A DNA stretch of 60,681 nucleotides, counting the filler, from Nemertoderma westbladi (taxonomy: Eukaryota > Animalia > Xenacoelomorpha), in NCBI GenBank assembly GCA_032718475.1. It is 3 parts of 3 records of this genome, joined end to end, with 100 filler letters (N's around TTAATTAATTAA, not from the genome) between each part and the next. Parts side by side here need not be neighbours in the genome. Positions count along the whole stretch, not along the records: positions 22,498 to 44,330 come from JAUCBJ010004306.1; positions 44,431 to 60,681 come from JAUCBJ010004909.1; 1 more part is not named here. One strand, 5' to 3'. Positions 34,541 to 47,039 of this stretch are shown one piece after another. Under the pieces are notes generated by a model, which worked only from the letters and a program-made list of their open reading frames with translations, was not told the origin of the DNA and did no database searches. The number at the start of each line of letters is the position of its first letter. Position 1 is the first letter of the stretch. The position numbers and the translations under genes were made by a program.

Positions 34541-36649
34541 ATGTCTATACTGTACCTTATACCGGCCCTTTTCAGGGCCAACATATGAAATAAACAACCG
34601 TATCGCAATAGCGTTATTACCTTGTAATATTTTTTTTACAATAAGATACACCCCCAGTCGGGGTAAATATCAATTCTAATATTGGAGATATGTATGTACG
34701 GTAGACTGTAATTAAGATCACGTACGCGCACAATAAATAGTAATTAAACTAGTAGATTAAGCTAAAATATTACATAATTAAACTAGTAAATAATAGTAAT
34801 AGTAGTAATAATAGTAGTAGTAAGTAATATAATATACTGTAGATTAAAATAATACATTCCCTTCAAAGAACTTAATAAATAATACCCATGCAATCCGCAA
34901 GGTGGTGCACAATACTGCTATACCGGTACCGGCACCATTATTGATCTGATTTTAGGCTTGTTTGGCTAGTGTCGTTCAAACGTACTTCTAATCACTATTA
35001 CCGGCCTATACACTATATACACTATGCACTATACAGCTATAGCTATAATATAGGAACTGCTGAACTGACTCAAACTGTACCGGTACCGGTTCCTACACAC
35101 AATGTACGGTATTTTCTTTCAGTTTTCTTCACAACCTTCTGACCTTCATAAAGCTGTAAAGTCTATTCCCAAATCTTTTCGCCACACCTCAGACTGTCAG
35201 AATGTCAGACCGTTGTGATATGAATAAATCCGATATCATCTACAGATCTACCTACATCGACATCCTGACATCCAGCCAGACATCTGTCTGTCTGTACATA
35301 CCGGTACAGACTGCAGACTCTGAGAGTGAGAGACATACAGACAGTTCTGCAGGATACCGGTTAAGCAATATCCAGATATCGGCAGACTGGCAGACAGGCA
35401 GAAGCAGAGAAGGGTAGAGCAGTAGAGTTACCGGCTGACCGGTACCGGCAAGCGGCTGACCGGTATAAATTATTTTTGCCTTTTTTGTTTTTACAGTTTT
35501 AGTACCGGTTAGGGTTTTTAAAAAACATCACCATGTTTTAAAACAAATGTTTTAAAACAATGTTTTTTTTGTTTTTTATTAATTTTTAAAAAACACTGTT
35601 TTTTTTGTTTTTTTTGTTTTTTTTATTTTTTTAACCTTATCGGCAGTTTAAACACAAAAAGTACTATAGTTGACAAAAAACAGCACAAAAAGTACTATAT
35701 AGTTCACAAAATGTAATGTACTATACAGAAGATACATACGTTCTTCCGGTCTGATATCGTCGAATCGAAAAATCTATGTCCTATCGAGCTCTTCCGACCT
35801 CGCTGTTCACTCTGCTTCATATTTAGTTCTATGCTAGGCCTGTCTATTTCAGGTACCGGTACCGTTACCACAACCAGAACAGCTGTACATGGCAGGACTA
35901 CCTAACCTACACAGTACAGGTAGGTAGACAATACTACATTCAAATGCCATATAGGCCTAAGCATTATTCTGGTATTACAGTTGTTACAGTAGGCTATTAT
36001 ATCTTGAGGTAGAATAAAACGTCTGTCCTTATCTGATCTGATCTGATCTGACGGCATCTGATCATATAACCAATCAGGAGAAAGAGATATAAGTAAATAG
36101 CCAATAGGGGATCAGGTTGCCATATGTTACGTATCAGTATCATCATATGGACATAGCAGTAGGCCTTCAGGCATACCGGTATGCAGCCAAGGCAGCAAAG
36201 GCATGTTAAAAATGCGATATACAGTAGGATGAAGGATGGCGGGTATAAAGTTGTGTGATTGCCCCAGCAAAGATGGATGGATAGTTGTTTTCAGATGTAA
36301 ACAACTTTCGCAGATGTAGTTGGTGTTGAAACATTAATCATTTATTAAAAAACAATACAGCCTTTCTGCCTTTGCTGCAATATTTTAGTAATCTTTCTTG
36401 TTAATAGTTTATTAATAGTTAAAGTTAATTATATTAATTATAATTAATATTATTAAATAATGATACTGTGCTTATTAGTATATTACATTTAAAATATTTA
36501 TTGTTTGTTTGTTATGCTAAAGGGAAGGCAGGAAGAGGTACAGTAACTCTGTACAGTACTGTTACTGCCGAATATGGCGAAACACTTTAACATTCCCCAT
36601 ATTGCCCTGATTGCCACTGATACAGTGGAGTTTATTATGCCCAGACAAT

Positions 36650-39145
36650 GCAGCTAGGAACTTTCACCCGTTAGACGGGTGGACAATCCAGCCCTTTAAT
36701 GGGTGTCCTAATTCGTTCTTCTGGGCTAAATTCCACCCGTTTGAGGGGTGGCTTGGGGAGTTTGTAAATTTTATCCAGCTTGCTTTATGATCAAAGCCGC
36801 CGACAGGAATCTCGGACACTCATCTGAGGGCTGGATATAATGCGGCTACATGCAAGGAAATACAGCCTTGAGTAAACCTACAACAACAACAGGGTGCTTT
36901 TGATTGACAGTGTAAGAGTGCCGGTAATAGCTGTACTAAGCTAAGTTTCAAAGACTGCTTGAGCCTGAGTGCTGAATGTCTGCCTGACTACTTAGCTAGG
37001 AGGACTGGAGGAGTTAATAAAATAAGATAATTATTATTTTCCGAAGTTAATTAATTATTTATTTAAGTTACCAGTGCGCCTGCACAATTTATTATTTTCT
37101 TCACCTTTCAGTTACCAAACAGTACTGCGTAATTAATTATTATCTTTAAGATGATAAAGTATTTTCTTCTTACCAGTAAGTTGATAAATTATTATATTTA
37201 TTATGACAGTCACAGTAGGCCCTACAGTAATTATTATTTTCTTACTGGTAAGTTAATCAATTATTTTCTTAGGATATTAATTATTGCAATACACAGTAGG
37301 TAGGCCTACGATAATAAATTATGTCTTACTGTCTTATGTCATTACACATTAGGTAGGTCTATGTCTAAGATAATTAATTTTTCATTAAGATAATTAATTA
37401 TTTTATTAATTATTATATTAAGTTACTAGTTAAATATTTTATTAAGTTAATTAATTATTTTAATTAAATTAGTTAACTAATTATATTATATTTAATTAGG
37501 TAATTATTAATAGGGGGGGGGGGGGGGGGGGGTTGGAGTGATCATGGGGCATCATGCATGATCTTTTGGCGTTTGATTTGTCTTAATTTGGCCCAGATTT
37601 CTTTAAGTTGACCTTGAGGTCGTTGACCTTACAATATATTGCTGATTTATTGAGAGCATCTTGAACCGTACCACTCAATGATTGACCATATATTACTACA
37701 TCGTTTAAAATAATAAAGGTATATAATAAAGGTGAAAGCTATCACCTTGTATTACTCCGACTACTGTAGCTGTCTAATAGGGTCCAGCCAAGCCAGTGCA
37801 TAAACACCAATAGAGACACATATGCCGGGAAAGCCCAAACTTCAGTAATCAGAGTTATAGAAGTAATGCAAAATTATTAAAGGAGGGGGGATTCATGCAA
37901 TTCTTAAAATGGGCGTTTGAAAGTTGCATGATATCAATATCACATTTGGTATCCTTGTATGGCCAGCTTTCCATCTCTCCGAAAAATTCTGACCCAATAC
38001 AGCAATAAGGTGGAGGAATCTGTTACAAAATTCATGCAATTCTAATTTACGGTTTTTAGAAAAATTTGGCTCCAATTTAGAAAATCTGTGCACCACGACT
38101 GTGAGGTTTGCTATCACTGTGCAATCAAATCTCGCTGTGAATACCGTACCTAACTGTATTTTATAACTGTAATTAATTAAATTAATTATTTTTGCCTAAT
38201 TGAGTTAATTAACTTTAATTAATTTCGGGATCAGGATTTCAATTATCATATTTTTACATTACTCTTACTTACAGACTTATGGTTAGCCAAACAGTCGAAA
38301 ATGAACTGAGCAGTAATGCAGAAATGAGCTGGCTGGGCGCCAGTGCAAGTCAGCAATTCAAGGCCAAATCAGCAAATTGAAGGAATTGTGAACTGGAGTC
38401 CTAGTCCTCTGCTCTAGCCTGTGTGAAGGAGAACTTAACTTCATAGAGCATAAAGAAATAACTTGTAACTTACCACCAGTAACTTACCGCCAGTATATTA
38501 ACTTAATGTCTTCATAAAGGGATATAATTAGGATACTACCAGTAGTGTAGTGTAGCAGTCCAGCCCAGCAGCCACCCCACCAGCCATCAGCCGGGCGCTT
38601 TTGTGTAGGTTTGCCTAAGGCATAGCAGATGCCATGTTAGGTAACTCAGCTAATGTCTAACAAGAGCTGCAGAGTAATATGTAATACAGTAAGTATAATA
38701 AGAAAGCCAATGCTATGCTGGCTGCCTCAATTAGTACACAGTGTGTGTGTGTGTATACTAGGAAGGATGGTAGTTGTAGACAGTGGAGGTCTGCTCTCTG
38801 GTGTGTTGATTGGCAGCCTGGCTCCATAGATGGGAAGGAATCTGCTTGCCTCAGGGGGATGACGAGTAGCAGATAAAATTGTACAAATCCACCCGTTTGA
38901 CGGGTGGAATTCAATTAATTCTTAATTAAAAGTTAACTATGCTGTAATTTTAATTTTTACAGGACCAAAATATGTAGTTTTGCCTGCTCTATGTCACAAT
39001 ACCAATTTTACTCGTGCGTCTAAAAAAATAGCAATGCGAATTTAATTTTAATTTTTAATAGGGATTTGTGTGGAGAAATACAAACTCATCCACCCATTTG
39101 AGGGGTGTCTGTCCAGCCGTTTGACGGGTGAAAGTTCCTAACTGC
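36650..39145. mobile_element. Non-autonomous TIR element with 3-bp TSD (inner layer; PIF/Harbinger-like?)
   Basis: TIR GCAG(C/T)TAGGAACTTTCACCCGT; AAT on both flanks; repeated subterminal palindrome CACCCGTTTGACGGGTG and variants. Confidence 0.75.
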
Positions 39146-39689
39146 AATGAAGGAAGATGGGAAGGTGAGTGGGAAGGTGGGAATCAAACGATGTTTTTAC
39201 CTTCCAATTGAAGGAAAAGAGCAGGTTACAGCGGCGACAATTTCTAACCAAAACAATAAACGATGTTGTTGAAAATTTTCACCCATCGCCGAAAAATACA
39301 AGTTTCAGAATTCTTATGCAATTTTTACACATTCCATTGAATTCCGAACCCTCACAAATCCGTATAACGCAAGAAACCCCATAGGCCTAGTTGTTGCAAT
39401 TCATATATATTCCAACGAGACTAGAACGCCTAAAACACCTATTGCGGAAAAAACAGCTTCAAATAATTAATTTACAAAATTGAAATATTTCAAAATTTGG
39501 GGCTGGCACCAAAATTTGGCACCCGCCGCTAAAAACAAGATTAAAATTTCTAGCTTATTTTATATGAATTCCTTTTAGTTAGTTCCAGTTAGTCTTTTAG
39601 TTAGTAGCATTAGTTTCAGAGAGAGGGGGGGGGGGGGGGGTGTTATATTGAGATTGACTGACATGGGCAGAAACTCCAGTACTCATTTA

Positions 39690-39840
39690 GCTACCATTTA
39701 ATGATGCAAGGCAGAGATGCCTCGCTAAACCCTTCAAAGCATTCGTGACGAAACGAAAACTACCTTGGCCCCCATGCCGGGGTTGAACCCACAACTTCCG
39801 TGAGATGTGAATTCAATATAACCACTACACCAAGGTGGGC
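39690..39840 (-). mobile_element. tRNA-derived SINE copy
   Basis: Minus strand TGGTGTAGTGGTT..TTGAATTCACATCTC..GGGTTCAACCCC; similar to 23541-23625. Confidence 0.6.
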
Positions 39841-40345
39841 TCTGAACCAAGGTGGAACAAGTGTCAGATACCGTCAGATCAGATCAGATCAGATAAGGAC
39901 AGACGTTTTAGCCATCCTATTATATCTTTTGGTTAACTGGGACTGGACTGGACTGGTTAACAGTCAGACAGTATTATAGGCTGATAGGTAGTCTGTTTGC
40001 ACTGTCGGACTGTATTTGAAGAAGTTATGTGCTCTGGCTTTGTCACATAGTAGGCCTGTAGGCCTATGTACGACCTATGTTAACTTTAAAGATAGAAAAG
40101 TACTAGGCCTATCCTCTACAGCAACTCAAAATATATTGTTTATCGGAGAAATACCTTGTTTAGAAAAAAAAACAAAAAAAACATTTAAAACAAAAAAAAC
40201 ATTTTAAAAAACAAAAAAAACAATTAAAACATCACAGATTTTTAAAATGATGTTTTTTAAAAACCCTAGTACCGGTACCCCTTACCGGCGGCGGCTGACT
40301 GGTGAACAGGTGAACGGTAATTCATAATTGGGTAGTTTTGCACTA

Positions 40346-42723
40346 CTGCACAGCCATTCCAGCGTAACGGTCGTGACATTCCGCATGGGTTTCCGGTATT
40401 AATGAGTATTCTAAGGGCACATGGAAGAATGATATTGAAAAGATATTACTATGATATGATCCTAAGATATGGACCTTTAATAAAATCGAAACCGCACTGG
40501 AATACATTACGTTTTATTGATTGTATTCCAGTTTAAAGTTGGCGTAACGGTCGTGACTGAAATGGACAAGCTTTTTAGAGACTCCTACACAATATAAATT
40601 TCTATCGAATTTACTGTACTTATTTAGCGTTACTTATGTCAGACTAACATGTTAATAGATAGAGTTTAAAATGAAATTAACAGTATGGCAATATAATATC
40701 ATTAGAGAATGTGGCAATCAATTAACCAGCGTAACGGTCGTGACATAGTTTCGTAACGGTTGTGACATTATCGATTTTCACATAAATCTGAATTTCAAAA
40801 AATGGTAAGATATTAGAGTTAGGTATTGATATCGATTTCAGGCAGGTTTTCTTGTACGCTGATTTTAATAGAAGGCTTTTTATATTCCGCAATTGAACAC
40901 ATCTACCATTTTTGGTGCTAAAATGAAAAGTGCAAGTAACAAGTATTTTTCAAATTAATGAAAACAACTAGACTTGTAGGAATGGTATTTATTTCAATTA
41001 CTTATAGGTTTTCTGGTATGCCGATTTCAATGGAAGGCTTTTTAAATTCCGCAGTTGAACACATCTACTATTTTTGGCGCTAAAATGAAAAGTGCAAGTG
41101 AACAGCATTTTTCAAATTAATGAAAACAACTAGACTTGTAGGAATGGTGTTTATTTCAATTACAAACAGGTTTTCTGGTGCGCTGATTTCAATGGAAGGC
41201 TTTTTAAATTCCGCAGTTGAACACACCTACCATTTTTGGTGCTAAATTGAAAAGTGCAAGTAACCAGCATTTTTCAAATTAGTGAAAACAATAAGAATTG
41301 TAGGAATGGTATTTATTTCAATTACATACAGGTTTTCTGGTACGCCGATTTCAATGGAAGGCTTTTTAAATTCCGCAGTTGAACACATCTACCGACCTAC
41401 ATTTTTGGTGCTAAAATGAAAAGTGCAAGTAACCAGCATTTTTAAAATTAGTTGAAACAATAAGAATTGTAGGAATGGTATTTATTTCAATTCCATACAG
41501 GTTTTCTGGTACGCCGATTTCAATAGAAGGCTTTTTAAATTCCGCAGTTGAACACATCTACTGACATACCATTTTTCGTGCTAAAATGAAAAGTGCAAGT
41601 AACCAGCATTTTTCAAATTAGTGAAAACAACTAGAATTGTAGGAATGGTGTTTATTTCAATTACATACAGGTTTTCTGGCTGTCTGGTGCGCTGATTTCA
41701 ATGGAAGGCTTTTTAAATTCCGCAGTTGAATACACCTATAATGTTCGGTGCTAAAATGAAAAGTGCAAGAGTAAATAAACATAATTTTTCAAATTTTGCA
41801 GATTATATGTAAGCAGCCATACGTTCTACTGTTCTATGTAGTATTGTAAGCTGATATTTTGGTTATTATGTGTACTACCTGATTACAGTATAATTATAAT
41901 TACATCCCACTGCAGCAGTGGTATGATATGTAAATGATGTTTGTAAATGATACAAATTCATTTATACTGTATAAAAATGATTCCTAAGTTTGTGTCACAA
42001 CCGTTACGGTCATAAGTGCTCTTATCACTTATGGCACATTATAGGTTAAGAAGAAACCTTTGTACACCCAATATTTCAATTATCACGAATCATATTCCAA
42101 AATGTAATCTAAATAGAGAGTAAAAAAGACGACCTTTCGTTCCTTGAATTATACATGCTATGCTAATATTCCCATTTCCCACATGTTAATGTCACGACCG
42201 TTACGCTGATTACTACAACTGGAACATACAGTCAAGTTAAACTATATGACTCAAACAATTGATACGAACCACCTAACGATAGATATAAAAGATTATAACC
42301 ATTACTGCCGGGGATATGGAGATATTGGAAAAACTTGTTCTTCAGCGTAACGGTCGTGACATATTTTCCATCCACTCATTACAATGCTATTAGAAAAATA
42401 TTTATTAGATGTACATTATTTAACCAACATAGCTAATTACTACATAGATATAAGATTCTGAAAAACATATGACATTGCCAGTTTGGTAATTATCATGCCA
42501 TTTTGGTTTGTATGTAATTATGCCAAAAATATTGAATTTTTGGCATTTTTTAAATCACATTTTGCGGACGCCGTAAAAAAAAATTGGCGAGGGTTATGGA
42601 ACATTTGAAAGCAGTTTTATGAAGCACAATATGTGTGCTACACACTCAATACAAAATAAATGCATTTCTAAGTACTTTCATTTTTCACCAAAAGGTTTAC
42701 TTTTGCTTGGAATGGCTGTGCAG
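40346..42723. mobile_element. Non-autonomous TIR element with TA flanks and internal satellite
   Basis: TA-CTGCACAGCCATTCCA ... TGGAATGGCTGTGCAG-TA; at least seven CGTAACGGT(C/T)GTGAC motifs in both orientations. Confidence 0.8.
40840..41795. repeat. ~161-170-bp tandem repeat, about 6 copies
   Basis: GGTTTTCTGG..GATTTCAATGGAAGGCTTTTTAAATTCCGCAGTTGAACAC..GCTAAAATGAAAAGTGCAAG recurring at ~40845, 41008, 41169, 41331, 41500, 41670. Confidence 0.92.
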
Positions 42724-43789
42724 TAGGCCTATCTGCCTATTGTGTTGTATTGCAGTATTGTCAGACTGCTGTGTTTTTTGTAGGCTTATTTCTGTCAGTC
42801 TGTAGGCCTATTTCTTCTGTTCTTTGTGTTATTCTGTATATTTTTGTGTTTTTCTGGGTAATTCGTAGGACCGCCTGACCGCTGCATAATACCCAAACCC
42901 GGCTGCTCGGTGCCGGTTCTGGAATATGTAGGCCTAATATGCCAACGCCAAGGCTGATATGTGATAGGGGTGGAGGTCTGGAGGTGGACTGGTGGCAGGG
43001 TGGAGCAGTGGAGGCAGAGCCCTGAAGCTGAAACCTCATTGCAGCATTGTATCTTGTATCTTTAGACATTAGATATAGGCTAGATATTGACCATGGCTGC
43101 ATGGTGGCTGGCAGCCTGGTGGCCCAACTTCCATCCCTTTATCATATATATATTCTTTCCTTTATCAGTTTATACTGTTATAGGCCTATACAATATCAAA
43201 ATATGCGGTGGGTCATTTTTACCTGCTGCCCTGACTGCATGAGGCACTCACCACTCACAGTCAGTCAGGCACATTGAACCGGGGCACGCTAAGTCTGTCT
43301 GTCTGTAAGTAAGTATACCGGTAACCGCTAACCGACAGACCGGTCCGACGAATCTCTATAATAAAGTACAAAAAATACAAAAGAGTACAATAAAGTGCAA
43401 AAATAATACAAAAGAGTGCAAAAATAGTACAAACGAGTGAGAAACGCATACAAAACGTGTATGTCAGTGTAGTGCTGTAGTCCTGTATTGTACTTATACA
43501 CTACACTTGTATAGGCCTACAAACAGACAAATAGAATTAATTGTAAGCAAATGCAACGGCACCGAAATATGCACTGCTACAATGTCAATAGCGGTCTTGG
43601 TTCTGTGGTCAAGTATGAAATGATTGACAGAACTTTGATTCATGTAGATTTTGACTGGCATACAGTAGAAGTAGGCTACTGTTCGTATAATACAATACAG
43701 CAATATAATGCAATACATTATGCAGTGGGTAGGCCTAGATATAAACTCGTATAACTGAGACTCAAAATCCTGTATGGAATCCATCCAAA

Positions 43790-44330
43790 AAGTGCGCCGG
43801 ATAGCGCGCGGACCAATTTTTATGCGCGCCGCGCGCCGATGCCATTTCGATGAAAAACCCCGCGCCAACTAAATTTTTAAGCACGCCGATGCAATTTCGA
43901 AGAAACCCTGCGCCAACTAAATTTTTAAGCGCGCCACACATTGAAACAATTTTGAAGAGCGCCACGCCAATGCAAATTCAATTTTGAGGGAGTGTAACCA
44001 ATCTGTCAATGTCAGTCAGTACTGCTGTACCAGTCCCTGCTGCCCTATACAGCTATATCTGTATACAATACAACAGTAGCCTAACCCAGTAACCACTGAA
44101 CCATACAACAGAAAAAGAAAGGCGAGCCGAAATTTTTAAACAGCTAATGCTATTTTTAAGGCACTTCCATAATTGTTAAACCTGTAAACTAACAAATCGG
44201 CGCCGGTTTTTATTTTTGGGATTGCCACGCGCCAAAGCTGAAAGCCGGCGCGCTTTACGATTTTCGAGCGCGCCAAAGTCGGCGCGCTTTACGATTTTCG
44301 AGCGCGCCACGCGCCACATTGGCGCGCTTT
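43790..44330. repeat. GCGCGCC/GGCGCGC-rich repeat running into the gap
   Basis: Repeated CGCGCCAACTAAATTTTTAAGC and GGCGCGCTTTACGATTTTCGAGCGCGCC. Confidence 0.6.
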
Positions 44331-44430
44331 NNNNNNNNNNNNNNNNNNNNNNNNNNNNNNNNNNNNNNNNNNNNTTAATTAATTAANNNNNNNNNNNNNN
44401 NNNNNNNNNNNNNNNNNNNNNNNNNNNNNN
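44331..44430. other. Assembly gap with artificial linker
   Basis: N-run flanking TTAATTAATTAA. Confidence 0.97.
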
Positions 44431-45879
44431 CCTCATTAATGTTTGTGTCCTACATCAATGTTTATATCCCACATTAATGTTTGTCCCCCTTATTAATGTT
44501 TGTCCCACATTAATGTTTATGGCGCTGATAAATATCTGTCCCTCATTTAATGTTTGTGTCCAAGTTGCTATGGAGTTCCGGATGTTTTGGACAACTTAGT
44601 CAGCAACTAGCAACTTAATTTGAGTAATATTAACTTTTAGACTCCGTTGTATGAGGCATCTTTTACAGCAACAAACTTCGCGTTTAGAGCATCTTGATCG
44701 GCAGCCTGACATGCTCACTAAGTTGCTGAAAGAGTTGCTCAAAATGTTGCCACGTACTGTAGAAAAAACAGTCTTGGTAGTTATTCGTCATGACGTTCTG
44801 TAAGTTTACTTTACTTTAACTTTAACGTAGCTGTAACCCTGTAGCTAGACTTTGTTCTTACTGTAGAGTACCACCCATGGCTATTTTTTGAACTTAGAGT
44901 TCCGCTTGCTTGAATCTAAATTTTGTTCTTATAGTTATTTGTTATTTGTTATTTGGCTACATTTTGTTCAATTTGTATTGATCCATAATTCTAACTACAG
45001 ACCTGTACTTATTTTAGAACCAATTAATACCAAAATATCATAAACTTATGGAGCCCTTTAGAATTTTGAGTTCAAAAATTTCCAACAGGTGCGCAAGTGT
45101 GTTAGCTATATTGTATGTGCTTATTTGTTATTATTGCGTTCACAGGTAATACTAACACCTGATCATGTGCTAGTTAACATGTTAGATAGCACGTATTAGC
45201 TAATAACAATGCGCACATGTATTACGTGCGCACTACGCATTAAATCATTAAGGACGTTCGATACGCCATGGCTATTATTTGAAATATTTTGCGTGTTTTT
45301 TGTAAAAATTCGGACTTATGGTGTTTTGCCAAATTGAGGATACCTTGTTTTCTAGGTAATACCCCGCAACTATCGTGTAATTACGGGATAGTACCAGAAA
45401 ACGGTGTTCCCCCTTGCTTTAATAAGTCAGAGTTTAAAAAAAAAAACCGCAATATATTTCAAAGGTGATTCTAAATCAAATTTAAAGTTTAGTTATATGA
45501 ATTCTATATGTTTCTATTATTTTATATTTCTATTATATATATTTCTTTGTCAAAAAACACAATAACAAGTAAACTGAGGCATCTCTCTAAAAAATAAACA
45601 TTATTTTTATCGATTATCTCAGAACTATAAAAATCGACTTAGGGGGTTCTGCCTCGAAGGTATGTTACTTCCAATTTAAAAGGGAATATTATATTAATAT
45701 ATTTAGGTCTCTCTTACGAAACGTGCGTCGCCCCAACTGATAGAGTTGACAAAGCCGCTTCCGCAAGATGCAGGATAAGTAATCTTGCCGATGATTTTAC
45801 CGTTTTTACAAAGTCCATCATCATAACTGGAAAATTCTCCTGGAAACTGTATGGGTACGTATTTACTACATTGGATTAA

Positions 45880-46447
45880 CCATTTAACGCCAGCAAACAG
45901 GCTTTGCCCATTATTGATGAGATCCGCGGCAGACGGGCACCGCCCGTCACTGTTCTATGCTTTGCTATACTGATTTGTTATGACAGCGGTACTGCAGTAC
46001 TCAATGCAGTGCTCAATGCAGTACTGTACATTCCCTTATAACCGGCAGACATGCAGGTCATATCTCCATTTCTATGTGTAGAATAGCCTATGACGCAGCA
46101 CCTCCAGCTGATTTAGCATCTGAGTTTATATGGTTTACATTGGGTATAATATAATAAAGAGTAGTTACATTGTTCCCAATTCACTGCTTTCCTCAACACA
46201 GTTAACAGTTATATTGCATATGTTGCAAACAATAATTTTTTTTTTAATTTTTGAAAAATTTTTATAAAAGATTTTGTGCTAATGCAGGCCTACCTACTAC
46301 TTAGAAAATACAACTTAAATTTTGAAAGAAAATTTTTGAATTTTTTTTTTTATTTTAATTTACAGGGTATGACAAATTGACAAGAAAAAATGTTTTCTTT
46401 AGCCGGGTTTCAATTCAGAAAATTGTTATTAAGCCGGCGTTAAAGGG
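45880..46447. mobile_element. piggyBac-like MITE, degenerate
   Basis: TTAA-CCATTTAACGCCAGC ... GCCGGCGTTAAAGGG-TTTG. Confidence 0.55.
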
Positions 46448-46473
46448 TTTGGAGTAATTCCATTTAATCATAT

Positions 46474-46548
46474 GTGTTCCAGATATCAAATAGGTCTAGT
46501 GTTCCAGATATCAAATAGGTCTAGTGTTCCAGATATCAAATAGGTCTA
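46474..46548. repeat. 25-bp tandem repeat x3
   Basis: GTGTTCCAGATATCAAATAGGTCTA. Confidence 0.9.
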
Positions 46549-47039
46549 CGTCTTATGGCATTTACAACAAAATACTAGCAAAAATCAGATAGTCTGCACA
46601 CCCTTTATTAGGGGAATGATAAATTAACTAAGACTGAAATAAACTTTGGTGCATGTATTTTCCAACTTGATACAATTTTGTTCATGAATAATGCAGTTTA
46701 TAGGCTCTATATAGAGTGTTGGTGCTACAAAATAATATGTACAACTCATATATTCCATTTTATGTGAACCAGGAAATTGCTAATTGCAATTTGCAATTAT
46801 TCATGGGTACACAAATCGATTCTCTATGCTTTATATATTTCAACAATTGCATTGCCAATTCAAATAGTTATCAAAAGAACAGTCCAACACATACAAAATA
46901 CAGCACGTAAAAACTAAATATTTACTCACCAACCACCACCAGCTGTATTTGACAGCTGCCTAGCAACCAGATTGTTATTTAAACAGTATGTACTGCTGTA
47001 CTGTGTACTGCCTACCACTGCACTGCCATTCAGCCTGTT

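Larger units (their letters stand above)
30162..35002 (+). mobile_element. Degenerate Merlin (IS1595/ISXO2-like) transposon hosting the P element
   Basis: Imperfect ~90-bp inverted ends (GGTA(T/A)TAGT..CGTTTGAACGACACTAGCCAAACAA..ACCGGTATAGCAGTATTGT). Flanks GGCCTATAA / GGCCTATAC. Transposase relic inside. Confidence 0.65.
36006..39916. mobile_element. Mutator-like non-autonomous element (middle layer)
   Basis: Inverted TAAAACGTCTGTCCTTATCTGATCTGATCTGATCTGACGG; direct repeat CTATTATATCTT at 35994-36005 and 39917-39928. Confidence 0.65.
35510..40268. mobile_element. Non-autonomous hAT element (outer layer of nest)
   Basis: TIR TAGGGTTTTTAAAAAACATCA; 8-bp TSD GTACCGGT at 35502-35509 and 40269-40276. 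Confidence 0.85.

Noticed and set aside
44431-45470. Short CATTAATGTTT repeats, GCAAC/GTTGC cluster and a weak ~200-bp palindrome
   Set aside because: Probably decayed MITE pieces; ends and TSDs could not be defined.
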